Below are positions 62,914 to 64,000 of a stretch of 64,000 nucleotides of DNA, in pieces. Position 1 is the stretch's first letter, and every line of letters begins with the position of its first letter. Position numbers and translations under genes: made by a program. The stretch comes from Terriglobia bacterium (lineage in GTDB: Bacteria > Acidobacteriota > Terriglobia > 20CM-2-55-15). The notes below the pieces were generated by a model. That model saw only the letters and a list, made by a program, of their open reading frames with translations, was not told where the DNA came from and did not search any database. The stretch spans positions 448,001 through 512,000 of the forward strand of contig CAXWPJ010000010.1 of the NCBI GenBank assembly GCA_963664115.2. Reading direction: 5' to 3'.

Positions 62914-63657
62914 ATGCAAAATCGTTGCATGAGGTTTGCCGCCGTTGTACTGGCGATGGTGGTTTGCTCGTCTCTCGCAGCCGCTCAGACCGCCAGGCGA
63001 AATCTGAACGGCGTGTGGACCCGGACAACCCGGGTGCTGACCATGAGCGAAGAGACGCCTGCTTTCGCCCCTTGGGGGCAGGAACGCTTCGACGCGGCCC
63101 GGCCCGGATACGGACCCCGAGCGGTACCTCCGGGCGTGGGCAACGACCCCATGGGCACGTGTGACCCTCTGGGCATGCCCCGCAATCTCTTTCTTGAAGT
63201 TTCGATTTATCCAATGGAGTTCCTCGAAACCCCGGATCGAGTCCTGCAGTTCTTTGAATGGGCGCATGTGTGGCGGGAGATCTGGACGGACGGAAGAGAA
63301 CTCCCGGAGAATCCCTTCCCCCGATGGATGGGATACTCCGTCGGCCGGTGGGAGGGCGACACCTTCATCGTGGACTCCATCGGTTTTGACGAGCGTACCT
63401 GGCTCGATCATTTTGGAAATCCGGTGAGCGACGATATGCGCCTGGAAGAACGCTACCGGCGTGTCGATGAGGAAACCCTGGAGCTTGTGATCACCATCAA
63501 TGCCCCGAAGGCCTACCGGACACCCTGGGTCAGCGAAACGAAGGTCATGCGCATGGCTCCCGAAGGCAGGGAGATCGAGGAATTGTTCTGCGTCCCGACC
63601 GAGGAGCAGGCGTTTAACAGGGGAATCCGGGATCCCGCCGCCGGGGTGATCCCTTAA
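62914..63657 (+). CDS. Secreted hypothetical protein (GYSVGRWEGDTFIVD family)
   Basis: Signal peptide, NLNGVW, CDPLGMP, ERYRR. Confidence 0.75.
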   Translation: MQNRCMRFAAVVLAMVVCSSLAAAQTARRNLNGVWTRTTRVLTMSEETPAFAPWGQERFDAARPGYGPRAVPPGVGNDPMGTCDPLGMPRNLFLEVSIYPMEFLETPDRVLQFFEWAHVWREIWTDGRELPENPFPRWMGYSVGRWEGDTFIVDSIGFDERTWLDHFGNPVSDDMRLEERYRRVDEETLELVITINAPKAYRTPWVSETKVMRMAPEGREIEELFCVPTEEQAFNRGIRDPAAGVIP

Positions 63658-63776
63658 GCGAAGATGCTCCCTAGCCGTTGATTCGGGCCATGCGTTCGGG
63701 TTAAAAACGGACGCAGCCTTTAACCCGATCTACTAACCGGATCATTACACTGCCACAGGCTGAGGCCTCTATCTGC

Positions 63777-64000
63777 TCAGTCCTGGGCGGTGAGAGAACT
63801 GTACAGGTCCTCGATAAAACTTTCCGTCGCTCCCAGTCCGGATGTCGCGCCGTACATGGGTTCATATTCCCGTGTCGGAGCGGCCGCCTTCACCTGCTCC
63901 AGCGTCATACCCTGGCTGATCATGTCCTGAACGCGGTAGCGAAGGAGGACGGACATGTCGCGGTACTTGATGACGTCTTCCCGATCGCACAGTCGGCCGT
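63777..64000 (-). CDS. C-terminal end of a gene running off the window, possibly an MBL-fold hydrolase
   Basis: GRLCDREDVIKYRDM...GMTLEQVKAA...FIEDLYSSLTAQD*. Confidence 0.55.
   Translation of the reverse strand, partial: GRLCDREDVIKYRDMSVLLRYRVQDMISQGMTLEQVKAAAPTREYEPMYGATSGLGATESFIEDLYSSLTAQD

Overview
GC-rich bacterial chromosome segment; the gene content resembles Acidobacteriota, which is inference only. It has four zones. (1) 1-8.6 kb: housekeeping genes (metallophosphoesterase, CPBP protease, AAA chelatase-like ATPase plus VWA partner, efflux adaptor and ABC ATPase) after an IS1182 end. (2) 8.6-41.9 kb: a decayed, IS-saturated island with four IS1380 copies, two IS256, four IS3-family elements, IS630 and an IS1-family cargo element. 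It holds an integrated plasmid (repA, 33-bp iterons, parA with RHH partner, parDE, mobilisation and conjugation remnants) and a shattered SspC-like ATPase, and ends at a tRNA 3'-half remnant. Swapped 6-bp target duplications indicate a 7.3-kb IS1380-mediated inversion that separated repA from its iterons. (3) 42-51 kb: repeated HUH/Y1 (RAYT-like) transposase copies interleaved with a co-oriented array of toxin-antitoxin cassettes in which several toxins are broken but antitoxins are kept. This is the best candidate for an undescribed system. (4) 51-64 kb: CHRD protein, cytochrome c-PQQ dehydrogenase with a 270-bp 3' duplication, two unannotated paralogous 43-aa membrane peptides, a MITE, the otsB-GH15-otsA trehalose operon and DUF6152-type gene pairs. 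Family calls come from motif recognition by eye, not database searches. Some frameshifts could be assembly errors.
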